A DNA stretch of 64,000 nt. It comes from Candidatus Binataceae bacterium. GTDB taxonomy: Bacteria > Desulfobacterota > Binatia > Binatales > Binataceae. Each line of letters starts with the position of its first letter. The first letter of the stretch is position 1. Below are positions 30,246 to 40,984 of this stretch, piece after piece. A model generated the notes under the pieces. It had not been told where the DNA came from, did no database searches, and saw nothing but the letters and a program-made list of their open reading frames with translations. The DNA lies in the NCBI GenBank assembly GCA_035531615.1, contig DATKSQ010000132.1, positions 18,926 through 82,925 of the forward strand, given 5' to 3'. The translations under genes and the position numbers were made by a program.

Positions 30246-30284
30246 TTGGATTGATGGATGCGCCCGCGCGGGCGCAATCACGCG

Positions 30285-31367
30285 ATGCTGTATCTTCTGC
30301 TCTATCCGCTGCACACCCATTTCCAGGGCTTCAACGTCCTGCGCTACGAAACCTTTCGCTCGGTGCTCGCCGGGCTGACCGCGCTTGCGATTTCGCTCGC
30401 GATGGGTCCGTGGCTGATCGATCGCTTCCGCGCCGCGAACCTGGGCCAGACCATCCGCGACGTGGTTCCGCAGAGCCATCAGAAGAAGGCCGGCACTCCC
30501 ACCATGGGCGGCCTGCTGATCCTGACCGCGACCCTCGCCGCGACCCTGTTGCTCGCCAACATCTTGAATCCTTACGTCTGGATCGTGATCTTCGTCACCG
30601 CCAGCTTCGGCGCGATCGGCTTCGGCGACGATTATCTGAAACTCAAGCGCGGCAAGGGCCTGGGGCTTAGCGAATCGGTCAAGCTCGGCGCGACCTTCGC
30701 GTGCGCGCTGGCCGCGTCGGTGGTGTTGTTCGGGTGGCTCAAGTTTCCGACCACGCTGACGATCCCGTTCGCGAAGAACCTGCATCCCGATTGGGGACTC
30801 TACTTTTACATCCCGTTCGCGACCCTGGTGGTGGTCGGATGCTCGCACGCGGTGAACTTCACCGACGGACTCGATGGACTTGCGATCGGCCCGGTGATGA
30901 CCACGGCGTTTACCTACTGGGTCTTCACCTACGTAGCTGGCAACCTGAAATTCGCCACCTACTTGCAGATTCCGCACGTCGCCGGCGCCGGCGAGGTCGC
31001 GATCTTCTGCGCCTCGCTTATCGCCGCGTCGCTGGGCTTCCTGTGGTACAACGCTTATCCCGCCTCGATGATCATGGGCGACGTGGGCGCCCTGTCGCTC
31101 GGCGGCGCGCTCGGGATGGTCGCGGTGCTGGCCAAGCAGGAACTCGCGCTGGTGCTGGCGGGCGGAGTGTTCGTGGGCGAAGCCGCGTCGGTGATTATCC
31201 AGCGCTACTACTTCAAATGGACCGGCGGCAAGCGGTTCTTCCGCATGGCGCCGATCCATCATCACTTCGAGCTCAGCGGATGGCCCGAGACGGTGGTGGT
31301 GGTGCGCTTCTGGATTATCTCGATCGTGTGCGCGCTGGTCGCGCTTTCGACGCTGAAGCTGCGCTGA
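30285..31367 (+). CDS. mraY: Phospho-N-acetylmuramoyl-pentapeptide transferase MraY
   Basis: Polytopic membrane protein with NFTDGLDGLA and HHHFE motifs. Confidence 0.9.
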   Translation: MLYLLLYPLHTHFQGFNVLRYETFRSVLAGLTALAISLAMGPWLIDRFRAANLGQTIRDVVPQSHQKKAGTPTMGGLLILTATLAATLLLANILNPYVWIVIFVTASFGAIGFGDDYLKLKRGKGLGLSESVKLGATFACALAASVVLFGWLKFPTTLTIPFAKNLHPDWGLYFYIPFATLVVVGCSHAVNFTDGLDGLAIGPVMTTAFTYWVFTYVAGNLKFATYLQIPHVAGAGEVAIFCASLIAASLGFLWYNAYPASMIMGDVGALSLGGALGMVAVLAKQELALVLAGGVFVGEAASVIIQRYYFKWTGGKRFFRMAPIHHHFELSGWPETVVVVRFWIISIVCALVALSTLKLR

Positions 31368-31397
31368 ACGGCTGCGCCGCGGCGTAATACTCAAGCC

Positions 31398-32723
31398 ATG
31401 ATGAAACTCGCGGGCAAAACGGTGATGGTCGTAGGGCTTGGCGCGACCGGAATCGCGGCGGCGAAATTTCTGGCCGGGCGCGGCGCGAAATTAGTCCTCA
31501 CCGATCGCCGCGCGGACCTCGATCGCGCGGGTCTGCCAGCGGGCGACGTGAAGCTCGGCCCCGAGGATCCACGCTGGCTCGCGGGAGTCGATCTGGTGAT
31601 CCCAAGCCCCGGAGTTGCGCGTGACGCGGCGCTGCTCGCGGGAGCGGTCGCCCGCAAAATTCCGGTGCTCGGCGAAATCGAACTCGCCACACAGTTTATC
31701 TCCGCGCCGATCGCCGCGATTACCGGCACCAACGGCAAGAGCACCGTGACCGTGCTGCTCAGCGAGATTCTCAAAGCCGCGGGGATGCATCCGTTCGTCG
31801 GCGGAAATCTCGGTCTGCCGCTGATCGCGGCGGTGGACGGAGTTTACGACGCGATCGTCGCCGAGGTCTCGAGCTTCCAGCTCGAATGGATCGAGCACTT
31901 CAAGCCCAAAGTCGCCGTTTATCTGAACCTGACCGACGATCACTTCGATCGTTATCGCGATCTCGAAGACTACGGGGCGGCGAAAGCGCGGCTCTTCGGC
32001 AATCAGGACGGCGGCGACTGGGCGATTCTCAATCGCGACGATGCGCTCGTCTGGAAGCTCGCAAAGTCGGTGCGCTCGCGCGTATTCGGGTTTGGTTTCG
32101 TCGCGTCGGGCGACGCGCCCGCGATCTGGCCGGAGCAAAACGCGCTGCTGTTCAACCTGGGCTCGCGGCGCGGACGCATCAGCCTTGCGGGCTATAGGCT
32201 TGCGGGGCGGCATAACGTGTCCAACGCGATGGCCGCGGCGGCCGCGGCGCTCGCGATGTTCGCCGATGAAAACGTGATCGAGCGCGCGCTGCGCGCGTTC
32301 CCCGGCTTGCCGCATCGGCTCGAATTCGTGCGCGAACGCGATGGCATCACCTGGATCGACGACTCCAAGGGCACCAATGTCGGTGCGGTCGTCCAGGCGC
32401 TCGAGGCTGTCGCGGCGCCGGTCGTGCTGATCGCGGGCGGAGTGGACAAGGGCGGCGATTACAGTCCATTAATCGCGCCGCTGCGGCGCAAAGTCAGCCG
32501 CGCGATTCTGATCGGCGCGGCGCGCGAGCAGATGCGCGCGGCGCTGGCCGGCGCGTGCGAGATCCATCTCATTGCAACTCTGGCGGAGGCGGTCGAACGG
32601 GCGGCGCAGGTGGCGCGAAAGGGCGACACGGTTTTGCTCTCGCCGGCGTGCTCGAGTTTCGATCAGTTCAAGGACTATGCGGAGCGCGGAAACGTATTTC
32701 AAAAGCTGGTTCGGGCGCTTTGA
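31398..32723 (+). CDS. murD: UDP-N-acetylmuramoylalanine--D-glutamate ligase MurD
   Basis: VVGLGATGIAAAKFL Rossmann segment and Mur ligase domains. Confidence 0.9.
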   Translation: MMKLAGKTVMVVGLGATGIAAAKFLAGRGAKLVLTDRRADLDRAGLPAGDVKLGPEDPRWLAGVDLVIPSPGVARDAALLAGAVARKIPVLGEIELATQFISAPIAAITGTNGKSTVTVLLSEILKAAGMHPFVGGNLGLPLIAAVDGVYDAIVAEVSSFQLEWIEHFKPKVAVYLNLTDDHFDRYRDLEDYGAAKARLFGNQDGGDWAILNRDDALVWKLAKSVRSRVFGFGFVASGDAPAIWPEQNALLFNLGSRRGRISLAGYRLAGRHNVSNAMAAAAAALAMFADENVIERALRAFPGLPHRLEFVRERDGITWIDDSKGTNVGAVVQALEAVAAPVVLIAGGVDKGGDYSPLIAPLRRKVSRAILIGAAREQMRAALAGACEIHLIATLAEAVERAAQVARKGDTVLLSPACSSFDQFKDYAERGNVFQKLVRAL

Positions 32724-33831
32724 AGCGGTCCACTACCGGCGCCCCGACCCGTGGCTGTGGCTGCCGGCGGCGGCGCTGATTGGGTTCGGCCTGCTGATGG
32801 TGCTGAACACGACCTATTTCCTGGGCCTCGAGAAAACCGGTGACGCGTTTCATTTCTTCAAGCTCCACGTGGCGCATATCGCCGCGGGCTTGATCGTGAT
32901 GGTGATGCTTTCACAGTTTTCGATCGTTGGGCTGCGCCGCCTGGTGACGCCGCTCGCGCTCGTCTCGGTGGTGATGCTGCTCGCGGTCTATATTCCCGGT
33001 CTGGGGCTGGTGCGTGGCGGCGCGCGGCGCTGGCTGCGGATTGGCCCGATCGTCCTCGAGCCGTCGGAGCTGGTCAAGTTCGCGCTGATATTTTTTCTGG
33101 CCGATTTCCTTGCCCGCCGCCAGGATCGCCTGCGCGATTTCATGCGCGGCCCGGCGCCCGCGTTCGCGATCGTCGGCGCGCTGGCCGTGATTCTCCTGAA
33201 GCAGCCGGATTTCGGATCGACCGTGATGATCTCGGTGATCCTGTTCGCGATGCTGTGGGCGGCCGGCGCCGAGATCAAGCATCTGGGCGCCGCCGGCGCG
33301 CTCGCGGCCGCCGGACTCGCGGTGCAGATGTTCACGAAGTCGTATCGGATGCGGCGGCTCACCGCGTTTCTCGATCCGTGGCAGGTCGCGCGCGGCGCGG
33401 GCTTCCAGTTGATCCAATCCTTCATCGCGCTGGGCGCGGGCGGACTGCGCGGAGTCGGGCTGGGGGCGGGCCGCCAGAAAATGTTCTATCTGCCGCAGTC
33501 GCACACCGATTTTATTTTCGCCGTGGTCGGCGAGGAATTCGGCATCGTCGGCGCGTGCCTCGTGATCGGACTGTTCTGCGTGATCCTGTTCCGCGGAATG
33601 CGGATCGCGCACGACGAGCCTGATCCTTTCGCGAGCCTGCTCGCGGTGGGCCTGACCGCGCTGCTCTCGCTCCAGGCGTTGATCAATATGGCGGTCGTGA
33701 TCGGGATGATTCCAACCAAGGGATTGCCGCTGCCGTTTCTGAGCTACGGCGGCACCGCGATCATGATGGCGATGGCTGCCGTTGGCGCGCTGCTCGCGCT
33801 CGGCCGGCGGCCCGCCGTGCGCGCGGAGTAA
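32677..33831 (+). CDS. ftsW: Lipid II flippase / SEDS protein FtsW
   Basis: SEDS family TM protein. Its position in the dcw cluster. The start is uncertain; the ATG at 32677 overlaps the murD 3' end. Confidence 0.85.
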   Translation: MRSAETYFKSWFGRFEAVHYRRPDPWLWLPAAALIGFGLLMVLNTTYFLGLEKTGDAFHFFKLHVAHIAAGLIVMVMLSQFSIVGLRRLVTPLALVSVVMLLAVYIPGLGLVRGGARRWLRIGPIVLEPSELVKFALIFFLADFLARRQDRLRDFMRGPAPAFAIVGALAVILLKQPDFGSTVMISVILFAMLWAAGAEIKHLGAAGALAAAGLAVQMFTKSYRMRRLTAFLDPWQVARGAGFQLIQSFIALGAGGLRGVGLGAGRQKMFYLPQSHTDFIFAVVGEEFGIVGACLVIGLFCVILFRGMRIAHDEPDPFASLLAVGLTALLSLQALINMAVVIGMIPTKGLPLPFLSYGGTAIMMAMAAVGALLALGRRPAVRAE

Positions 33832-33835
33832 TGCG

Positions 33836-34915
33836 ATGCGGGTAATCATCGCGGGCGGAGGGACGGGAGGCCATCTGTTTCCCGCCGTCGCGGTGGGCGA
33901 GGAGATCGTGCGCCAGCGTCCCGCCAGCGAGGTTTTGTACGTCGGTGCGAGCAACGGTTTCGAGGCGCGCTGGATGCCGGGCCGCGGCTACCGCTTCGAG
34001 TTGCTGGCGGTTCACGGGATTCGCGGCCATGGCGCCGCGGCGCGGATGCGGGCGCTCGCGGAGTTTGTGCGCGCGGCCAGACTGGCGCGCGCAATCGTCG
34101 CGCGGATGCGGCCGCATCTGGTGGTGTGCGTGGGCGGCTACGCGTCGGCGCCGGTCGGAGCCGCGGCGGCGCTCGCACGGGTGCCGATCGTGATGCTCGA
34201 GCAGAATGTGATGCCGGGATTGTCCAATCGGATCCTGCAGCGTTTCGCGCGCAGGATCTGTATCAGCTTTGCCGACAGCCTGGTGTATTTTCCGCCTGCG
34301 AAAGTCGAGCTGACGGGCAACCCGGTGCGCTACCGGGCACGCACGGATCGGACCCCGATCGAGGCTCGTCCGGCTCAAATCCTTGTTTTAGGCGCGTCCA
34401 CCGGCGCTCATCGGCTCAATATTGGTGTTGTAGGGGCTTTCAAAATCTGGGGAAAAGGTGTTATAAAGTTGAAGGTTACACATCAGACCGGGGAGGCGGA
34501 TGTTGAGTTGGTGCGGCAGGCTTACGGTGAGCTTCCGTTGAATGCGGAAGTAGTCCCATTTATCGATGACGTGCCCGCTGCGCTGGCCGCCGCCGACCTG
34601 GTGGTCGGGCGCAGCGGCGGCGGCACGGTCACCGATATCGCGCTGGCCGCCCGTGCGGCGATTTTTGTGCCGTATCCGTTTCATCGCGACATGCAACAGC
34701 TTCACAACGCGCGCGTGATCGAAAAACTCGGCGGCGCGATTATCGTCGCTGACGACAGCCATATCGCGGAAAATCTTGCCCGCGAAATGAAATCGCTGCT
34801 CGGCGATCCCGCGCGGCTGGTCGCGATGGGCGTGCGCGCCAACGCCGCCGCCTATCCCGACGCGGCCGCGCGCGTCGCGCGGGTTTGCTTCGATTCGGCG
34901 CGGGTGGAGAACTAG
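33836..34915 (+). CDS. murG: UDP-N-acetylglucosamine--N-acetylmuramyl-(pentapeptide) pyrophosphoryl-undecaprenol GlcNAc transferase MurG
   Basis: MRVIIAGGGTGGHLFPAVAV N-terminus. GT28 family. Confidence 0.9.
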   Translation: MRVIIAGGGTGGHLFPAVAVGEEIVRQRPASEVLYVGASNGFEARWMPGRGYRFELLAVHGIRGHGAAARMRALAEFVRAARLARAIVARMRPHLVVCVGGYASAPVGAAAALARVPIVMLEQNVMPGLSNRILQRFARRICISFADSLVYFPPAKVELTGNPVRYRARTDRTPIEARPAQILVLGASTGAHRLNIGVVGAFKIWGKGVIKLKVTHQTGEADVELVRQAYGELPLNAEVVPFIDDVPAALAAADLVVGRSGGGTVTDIALAARAAIFVPYPFHRDMQQLHNARVIEKLGGAIIVADDSHIAENLAREMKSLLGDPARLVAMGVRANAAAYPDAAARVARVCFDSARVEN

Positions 34916-34920
34916 ATCGA

Positions 34921-36360
34921 GTGGACAGCGCGCTTAAATCGGGGCCGCGTAGGCCAAGGCGCCGGCTGCATTTCATCGGAATCGGCGGCGCGGGAATGAG
35001 CGGAATCGCGGAGCTGTCGCTCAAGCTCGGCTTCAGCGTTAGCGGATGCGATCTCGCCGCCAGCGCCGCGACCGCGCGGCTTGAGTCGCTCGGCGCGCAA
35101 ATCGAAATCGGGCATCACCCATCGCATCTGCGCGCGCCGAATCCTCACGCGCCGTTTGATGCGATCGTCATATCGTCGGCGATAAAATTCTCGAACCCCG
35201 AAGTCGCGCGCGCCCGCGAGCTGAAAATTCCAGTGATCGCGCGCGCCGAGATGCTCGGCGAGCTGCTCAGGATGACCAAGCTCGGCGTTGCCGTGGCCGG
35301 CACTCACGGCAAGACGACGACCACCGCGCTGGTTGCCCTGATCATGGAAGATGCCGGACTTGATCCCACCGTCGCGGTGGGCGGAAACCTGCGCAACACC
35401 GGAACCAACGTGCGCCTGGGGCGCGGCGACTTCATGGTCGCCGAGGCCGACGAGAGTGACGCGTCGTTTCTGCTGCTGTTGCCGACCATTGCGATCGTGA
35501 CCAATATCGACGCCGAGCATCTGGACCACTACGGCTCGATGGATCGCCTGCGCGAGGCGTTTTTGAGCTTCATCAACCGGGTTCCGTTTTACGGCCGCGC
35601 GGTGCTGGGAATCGACAGCGCGAACGTGCGCGCGATGCTCGAGCAGGTGCGCAAACCCGTGATCACCTACGGGGTGGCGGCCGACGCCGACCTGCGCGCC
35701 GAGCGGATCGTGATCGATGGCCTGTCGACGCGCTTCGACGCGATCTTCAAGGGCGCCGCGCTGGGAACGGTTACGCTCCCGGCGCCGGGCGTGCATGTCG
35801 CGATGAATTCGCTGGCCGCTCTGGCGGTCGCGTTCGAGCTTGGAATCGACTTCGCCGTCGCGACCCGCGCGCTCGCCAGGTTTGGCGGAATCGCACGGCG
35901 CTTCGAGATCAAAGGCGAGCACGACGGGCGTATCGTGCTTGACGATTACGCGCATCATCCGGCCGAGATCCGCGCCACGCTCGCGGCGGCGCGGGCGGGA
36001 TTCAAGCGCCGCGCCGTGGTGGTGTTCCAGCCGCATCGCTTCACCCGGATGCGCGATCTGTTCGAGGAATTTCTCACCGCCTTCGATGACGCCGGGGCGC
36101 TCTACCTGCTCGAAATATATTCCGCGGGCGAGGACCCGATTCCCGGCGTGTCGTCGCGCCGGCTGTACGAGGCGATCCGCGCACGCGGGCATCTCGAGGT
36201 TCATTACCTCGGCGCCGACCTCGACGCCGCGCGCGAAGTCGCGCTCGCGTCGCGCCGCGGCGATCTGATCGTCACGCTCGGCGCTGGCGATATCAACCAA
36301 CTCGGCGCAAAGATTTTGGACGCACTCGCGCGCGAGGCCAGGCCGCATGACCATGCTTGA
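34921..36360 (+). CDS. murC: UDP-N-acetylmuramate--L-alanine ligase MurC
   Basis: HFIGIGGAGMSGIAE and GTHGKTTTTAL motifs. GTG start is inferred. Confidence 0.9.
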   Translation: MDSALKSGPRRPRRRLHFIGIGGAGMSGIAELSLKLGFSVSGCDLAASAATARLESLGAQIEIGHHPSHLRAPNPHAPFDAIVISSAIKFSNPEVARARELKIPVIARAEMLGELLRMTKLGVAVAGTHGKTTTTALVALIMEDAGLDPTVAVGGNLRNTGTNVRLGRGDFMVAEADESDASFLLLLPTIAIVTNIDAEHLDHYGSMDRLREAFLSFINRVPFYGRAVLGIDSANVRAMLEQVRKPVITYGVAADADLRAERIVIDGLSTRFDAIFKGAALGTVTLPAPGVHVAMNSLAALAVAFELGIDFAVATRALARFGGIARRFEIKGEHDGRIVLDDYAHHPAEIRATLAAARAGFKRRAVVVFQPHRFTRMRDLFEEFLTAFDDAGALYLLEIYSAGEDPIPGVSSRRLYEAIRARGHLEVHYLGADLDAAREVALASRRGDLIVTLGAGDINQLGAKILDALAREARPHDHA

Positions 36361-37249
36361 GCGCGAACTCCATCGGCGCTTCGGCGCGCGCTTGGCCACC
36401 GGGCGTCCGCTGGCGGATCTGACCTCGTTCAGAATCGGCGGACCCGCCGATCTTTTCCTCGCGGTCGAGAGCGAAGCGGAACTCGCCGATGCGATGGCGG
36501 CGGCCGATCGCCGCGGCGCCGCCGCATTGTGCCTCGGCGCGGGGACCAATCTGCTGGTGAGCGATCGGGGCGTGCGCGGCTTGGTGGTGCGCCTGGGCGA
36601 GGGGTTCCGCAAAATTGCGATCGACGCGGCCCACGTCAGCTCGGGCGCGGCGGTGGATTTCGGCGCGCTGGTCGAGACCGTGGTCGCGCAGGGCCTTGGC
36701 GGCCTTGAGTTCGGCGAAGGGATTCCGGGCACCGTCGGCGGCGGGCTGGTGATGAACGCGGGTGCGTTCGGCGGCGAGATCGCGAAGGTCGTGACGATAG
36801 TGCATGGCGTCACGCGCGAGGGAATTGCGCGCGATCTGACCAAGGACGAAATCAATTTCGCCTATCGGCGCACCAATCTTCCCGCGGGGTTCGTGATCAC
36901 GCGGGTTGAGTTCGAGCTTGCGCGCGGCGATCGCGAGGGCTTGCGTGCGCGGGTCGCCGAGTTGCACGCCAAGCGCGCCGCGCGCCAGCCGCGCGGAGTT
37001 CCCAACGCCGGATCGATTTTCAAAAACCCGCCCGGCGCCTTCGCCGGACGGCTGCTCGAGGGCGCGGGTCTCAAGGGGATGCGCGTGGGCGGCGCCGCGT
37101 TTTCGGATCAGCACGCGAATTTTATCGTCAATCTTGGCGGCGCGCGCGCCGAAGAGGTGCGCACGCTGATCGAGTTGGCGCGCAACCGGGTCAAGGAGCA
37201 TAGCGGCGTCTGGCTCGAGCCGGAGGTCAAGCTGGTCGGCGACTGGTAA
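36347..37249 (+). CDS. murB: UDP-N-acetylenolpyruvoylglucosamine reductase MurB
   Basis: FAD-binding MurB pattern (LGAGTNLLV ... NAGSIFKNP). Confidence 0.9.
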   Translation: MTMLERELHRRFGARLATGRPLADLTSFRIGGPADLFLAVESEAELADAMAAADRRGAAALCLGAGTNLLVSDRGVRGLVVRLGEGFRKIAIDAAHVSSGAAVDFGALVETVVAQGLGGLEFGEGIPGTVGGGLVMNAGAFGGEIAKVVTIVHGVTREGIARDLTKDEINFAYRRTNLPAGFVITRVEFELARGDREGLRARVAELHAKRAARQPRGVPNAGSIFKNPPGAFAGRLLEGAGLKGMRVGGAAFSDQHANFIVNLGGARAEEVRTLIELARNRVKEHSGVWLEPEVKLVGDW

Positions 37250-37262
37250 GTCGCGCGGGGAA

Positions 37263-38078
37263 GTGGTGGTGGCGGAGCGGCGGAAAAGGAAAGAGGCGGC
37301 GGGGTGGAACCCACGGATGGTGGGGATGGTGCTGTGCGCCTTCTTCGGGCTGGGGGTGATGACGGGCTTCAGCGCGCCGGGACGCGCAGTCACGCGCCGG
37401 GCCGCGAATTTATTTTCGGCATCGTACCGCCAAATCTGGGCGCGAATCGATCGCACCGCGGCTCCCGCAAAGCCGGCGTTCCAGCGGCTGGCCGCGGCGT
37501 TACAGTCGATTGAAATCGGCCTCGGCCTTTGTACCGCGCCGGTGCGGAAGCTGTCCGGCGGCAGCCAGGGCGGGGCGATCGCGATGGTCGAGCGGCCCGA
37601 CGGATTTTACGCGCTGTTTGCCGACGCGGAGTTGCGCGGCCCGGTCTCTCCAAACGCCGAAGGCGATTTGCCGATCTTGAGCGGCGCCCGAGCCGCGAAC
37701 TCGCGCGGAATCGACCTGGTCGCATATGCGGCGACGATGGTCCGCTCCGAGGCCCTGCTGTCGCATCTCGTTTCGGAAATGAGCATCGGCGATGACGGAG
37801 TCGCCACGCTCTATCTCGACCGCACGCGCACCGAGGTGGTGATCGATCTCGATAACGCCGCGACCGAGATTCGCCGCGCCGGTGAGGTGCTGGCGAAGTG
37901 GCGCGGGCGCGAGCCGATGATCGCCACGCTTGACATGTCCACGCCGGACCAGGCGGTGGTCCGGCTGGCCGCCGCGATCGACGGTCCGCGGGGCAAGCGT
38001 GGCGCGGTGCGCAAGGTTTCGGTGCATTCGCCGATCGCAGGATCGGCCAATGCCGGCACGGGGCGGAGGGCGCGGTGA
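37263..38078 (+). CDS. ftsQ: Cell division protein FtsQ/DivIB-like
   Basis: Single N-terminal TM and its position between murB and ftsA. The sequence is divergent, so the name rests mainly on synteny. Confidence 0.5.
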   Translation: MVVAERRKRKEAAGWNPRMVGMVLCAFFGLGVMTGFSAPGRAVTRRAANLFSASYRQIWARIDRTAAPAKPAFQRLAAALQSIEIGLGLCTAPVRKLSGGSQGGAIAMVERPDGFYALFADAELRGPVSPNAEGDLPILSGARAANSRGIDLVAYAATMVRSEALLSHLVSEMSIGDDGVATLYLDRTRTEVVIDLDNAATEIRRAGEVLAKWRGREPMIATLDMSTPDQAVVRLAAAIDGPRGKRGAVRKVSVHSPIAGSANAGTGRRAR

Positions 38079-38082
38079 AGCG

Positions 38083-39300
38083 ATGAGGAACCTGCTCACA
38101 GGATTGGACGTCGGTACGAGCAAGGTTTGCGCGCTTGTCGCCGAGGCGAGTCCAGAGGGCGAAATCGCCGTGCTCGGCCACGGCGTGGCGCCGTGCACCG
38201 GCCTGCGCAAGGGCGTGGTGGTCAATATCGAAGCGACGGTCGAGGCGATTCGCGCCGCACTTGACGAGGCGGAGAAGGCCTCGGGCATCCGAATCGGCTC
38301 AGTGGTGGCGGGCGTCGCGGGTCCGCACATCCGCGGGCTGAACAGCCACGGGATCGTCGCGGTGCGCGGCGGAGAGGTGGGCGCGCGCGACGTCGAGCGG
38401 GTTATAGATGCGGCGCGCGCGGTCGCGATACCGCTCGATCGCCAGGTCTTGCACATCCTGCCGCAGCAATTCGCGGTCGATGACCAGGAGGGCGTGCGCG
38501 AGCCGATCGGGATGGCGGGAGTCCGGCTCGAGGCGCGCATCCATATTGTTACCGCCGCGCAGAGTTACGGACAAAACCTGACCAAGTGCTGCGAGCGGGC
38601 GGGAATCACGCCGGCCGAGATGATCTTCGAGCCGCTGGCTTCCGCCGAGGCGGCGCTGTTTCCCGAAGAGCGCGAACTCGGAGTCGCGCTGATCGACATC
38701 GGCGGCGGCACCACCGATATCATCGTGTTTCACGGCGGGGCCGTGATGCATACCGCCGTGCTGCCGCTGGGCGGCAATCATCTGACCAGCGACATCGCGG
38801 CCGGCCTGCGCACGCCGATCGCGGACGCCGAGCGGCTCAAGGTCGCGTTTGGCGCGGCGACCAACCAGGTCGTGCGGCGCGACGAAATGGTGCAGGTGCC
38901 GGGAGTCGGCGGACGCGAGCCAAGAGCGATCGCGCGGCGGATGCTGACCGACATTCTCGAGCCGCGGATGGAAGAGATTCTCGCGATGGCGCAGCGCGAG
39001 ATCATGCGCTCGGGTGTCGCCGACAGCCTGGCCTCGGGAATCGTGCTGGTGGGCGGCACCTCGCTGCTCGAAGGCACTCAGGAATTGGCGGAACGAATTT
39101 TTGGTGTTCCGATTCGCCGCGGGCTTCCGATCAATCTCAAGGGGATGCCCGAGGAACTGATGAAACCGATGTACACCACCGCGGCGGGCCTGATCCTGTA
39201 TCAGGGCTCCGCGCGCGGCGTTAACGGCGCGGCGGCACGCTATGGCCGATGGGGCAGGCTGCGCTCGCGCCTGAGCGATTGGGTGAGAGATTTCTTTTGA
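38083..39300 (+). CDS. ftsA: Cell division protein FtsA
   Basis: Actin-like ATPase. [13 protein letters not shown]-terminus and DIGGGTTD motif. Confidence 0.9.
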   Translation: MRNLLTGLDVGTSKVCALVAEASPEGEIAVLGHGVAPCTGLRKGVVVNIEATVEAIRAALDEAEKASGIRIGSVVAGVAGPHIRGLNSHGIVAVRGGEVGARDVERVIDAARAVAIPLDRQVLHILPQQFAVDDQEGVREPIGMAGVRLEARIHIVTAAQSYGQNLTKCCERAGITPAEMIFEPLASAEAALFPEERELGVALIDIGGGTTDIIVFHGGAVMHTAVLPLGGNHLTSDIAAGLRTPIADAERLKVAFGAATNQVVRRDEMVQVPGVGGREPRAIARRMLTDILEPRMEEILAMAQREIMRSGVADSLASGIVLVGGTSLLEGTQELAERIFGVPIRRGLPINLKGMPEELMKPMYTTAAGLILYQGSARGVNGAAARYGRWGRLRSRLSDWVRDFF

Positions 39301-39368
39301 ACCGCCGACGTAAAACATACTCGAGCGGTCAGCAAACTTTGCCGGTAGGTGGTGGAGGAGGTTCGCAC

Positions 39369-40637
39369 ATGATTGAGTTGGTGAGTAACCCCGATTTGGG
39401 CGCCCGGATCAAAGTCATTGGCGCCGGCGGATGCGGAGGCAACGCGATTAATCACATGATCGCGTCCGGCGTCCGCAACGTCGACTTTATCGCCGTCAAC
39501 ACTGATTCGCAGGCGCTCCAGAATAATCACGCGCCCCTCAAGCTGCAGATCGGCGAGACGCTGACCCGCGGCCGCGGCGCTGGCGGAAATCCCGAAATCG
39601 GGCGCAGGGCCGCGCTCGAAGACGAAGAGCGCATCCGCGCCGAGCTGACCGACGCCGAGATGGTGTTTGTCACCGCCGGGATGGGCGGCGGCACCGGAAC
39701 CGGGTCGGCTCCCGTGATCGCGCGAATCGCGCGCGAGCTTGGCGCGCTGACCGTGGGCGTGGTGACCAAGCCGTTTCAGTTCGAGGCGCGTAAGCGGATG
39801 GCGCAGGCCGAGGAGGGGCTTCGCGAGCTGAAAAACTCGGTCGATACCCTGATCACGATACCCAATCAGCGGCTACTGTCGGTTGCCAATCGCAACACCT
39901 CCCTGCGCGAAGCGTTCGCCAAGGCTGACGACGTTCTCTTGCAGGCGGTGCGCGGAATCTCGGAACTGGTGACGGTCCACGGACTGATCAATCTTGATTT
40001 CGCCGACGTGCGATCGATCATGTCCGAAATGGGGATGGCGATGATGGGCGCCGCGACCGCCTCGGGCGAGAATCGCGCGGTCGAAGCGGCCCAGCGCGCG
40101 ATCTCGAGTCCGCTGCTCGAGGACGTTTCCATCAAGGGCGCGCGCGGCTTGCTCATCAACGTGACCGGCGGACCCGAGATGTCGCTCTATGAGGTGAACG
40201 AAGCCGCCAGCCTGATCCAGGAAGAAGCCGACGAAGACGCGAACATCATCTTTGGCGCGGTCGTCGATGAAAAGGCCGGCAACGAAATTCGGGTAACGGT
40301 TATCGCGACCGGCTTCGGCGACCGGGATTTGCCGTTCTCAAAGTATTCACCCTCGGGTGCGCCGATCACGACTCCGATCGCCGCCGCCGCCACGCGCCCG
40401 GTCGATCCTGCGGAGGTCAAGCCAACGCCCGCGCAGGCGCCGGGCCAGGTGCGCCAATTTCCGGCCGGCAAGCCGGTGCGCAGGATGGGCTTGATCGTTG
40501 ACGACAGCAGCCTCGACATTCCCGCATTCAAACGCCGCGGTGACGCGGCGGCGCAGGAGCGGCTTGAACCCAACGCGCTGCTCGAGGGCGACGACAAGCT
40601 CGACGTGCCGACCTTCCTGCGCAAGCATCCGGAGTAG
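39369..40637 (+). CDS. ftsZ: Cell division GTPase FtsZ
   Basis: GGGTGTG tubulin signature ([14 protein letters not shown]) and NAINHM. Confidence 0.95.
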   Translation: MIELVSNPDLGARIKVIGAGGCGGNAINHMIASGVRNVDFIAVNTDSQALQNNHAPLKLQIGETLTRGRGAGGNPEIGRRAALEDEERIRAELTDAEMVFVTAGMGGGTGTGSAPVIARIARELGALTVGVVTKPFQFEARKRMAQAEEGLRELKNSVDTLITIPNQRLLSVANRNTSLREAFAKADDVLLQAVRGISELVTVHGLINLDFADVRSIMSEMGMAMMGAATASGENRAVEAAQRAISSPLLEDVSIKGARGLLINVTGGPEMSLYEVNEAASLIQEEADEDANIIFGAVVDEKAGNEIRVTVIATGFGDRDLPFSKYSPSGAPITTPIAAAATRPVDPAEVKPTPAQAPGQVRQFPAGKPVRRMGLIVDDSSLDIPAFKRRGDAAAQERLEPNALLEGDDKLDVPTFLRKHPE

Positions 40638-40673
40638 GCGCTGACGCACTGCCGCTTCAGGAGGACCGGCGTT

Positions 40674-40745
40674 ACATTGGTAGGGCGGGCGTCTCGCCCG
40701 CCATCGACGGCGGGCGGACGAGCCGTTCGCCCCCACTGGCATATT
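40674..40745. repeat. Palindromic intergenic repeat, copy A (CATTGGTAGGGCGGGCGTCTCGCCCGCC... family); possible right terminus at 40896-40911
   Basis: About 90% identical over the ~42 aligned nt at its left end to copy B at 55263-55323; internal perfect hairpins GGCGGGCG-TCT-CGCCCGCC and GGCCGACG-GCTC-GTCGGCC. It lies directly downstream of ftsZ. Confidence 0.6.
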
Positions 40746-40984
40746 GCTTCCTTTTGTCAGTGGCGGCCGACGGCTCGTCGGCCGGCTGGGGAGCAGAGGC
40801 GATGCGGGAGAGGCGAGCGAAACATCATCCCGCGCGAGGAACGCCCCTGTTTCTTACCTGACGTATCGCGACCCGCATCGCGTGCCCTGCTACCAATGAG
40901 TTCGCCGCGCGCGGTGGGGGGGCGGCACTCCGGCTCGCGCGCGGATTCTCTTCTGTCCGCGGCGCTCCGGCTCGCGATCTCGCG

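Noticed and set aside
28887-31394. 835-aa minus-strand ORF antisense to murE/mraY, and similar long antisense ORFs at 26743-28704, 34912-36855, 21341-22399, 41024-42118, 59108-59908
   Set aside because: All overlap strongly supported conserved genes on the opposite strand and have Arg/Pro/Ala-biased composition without recognisable domains.
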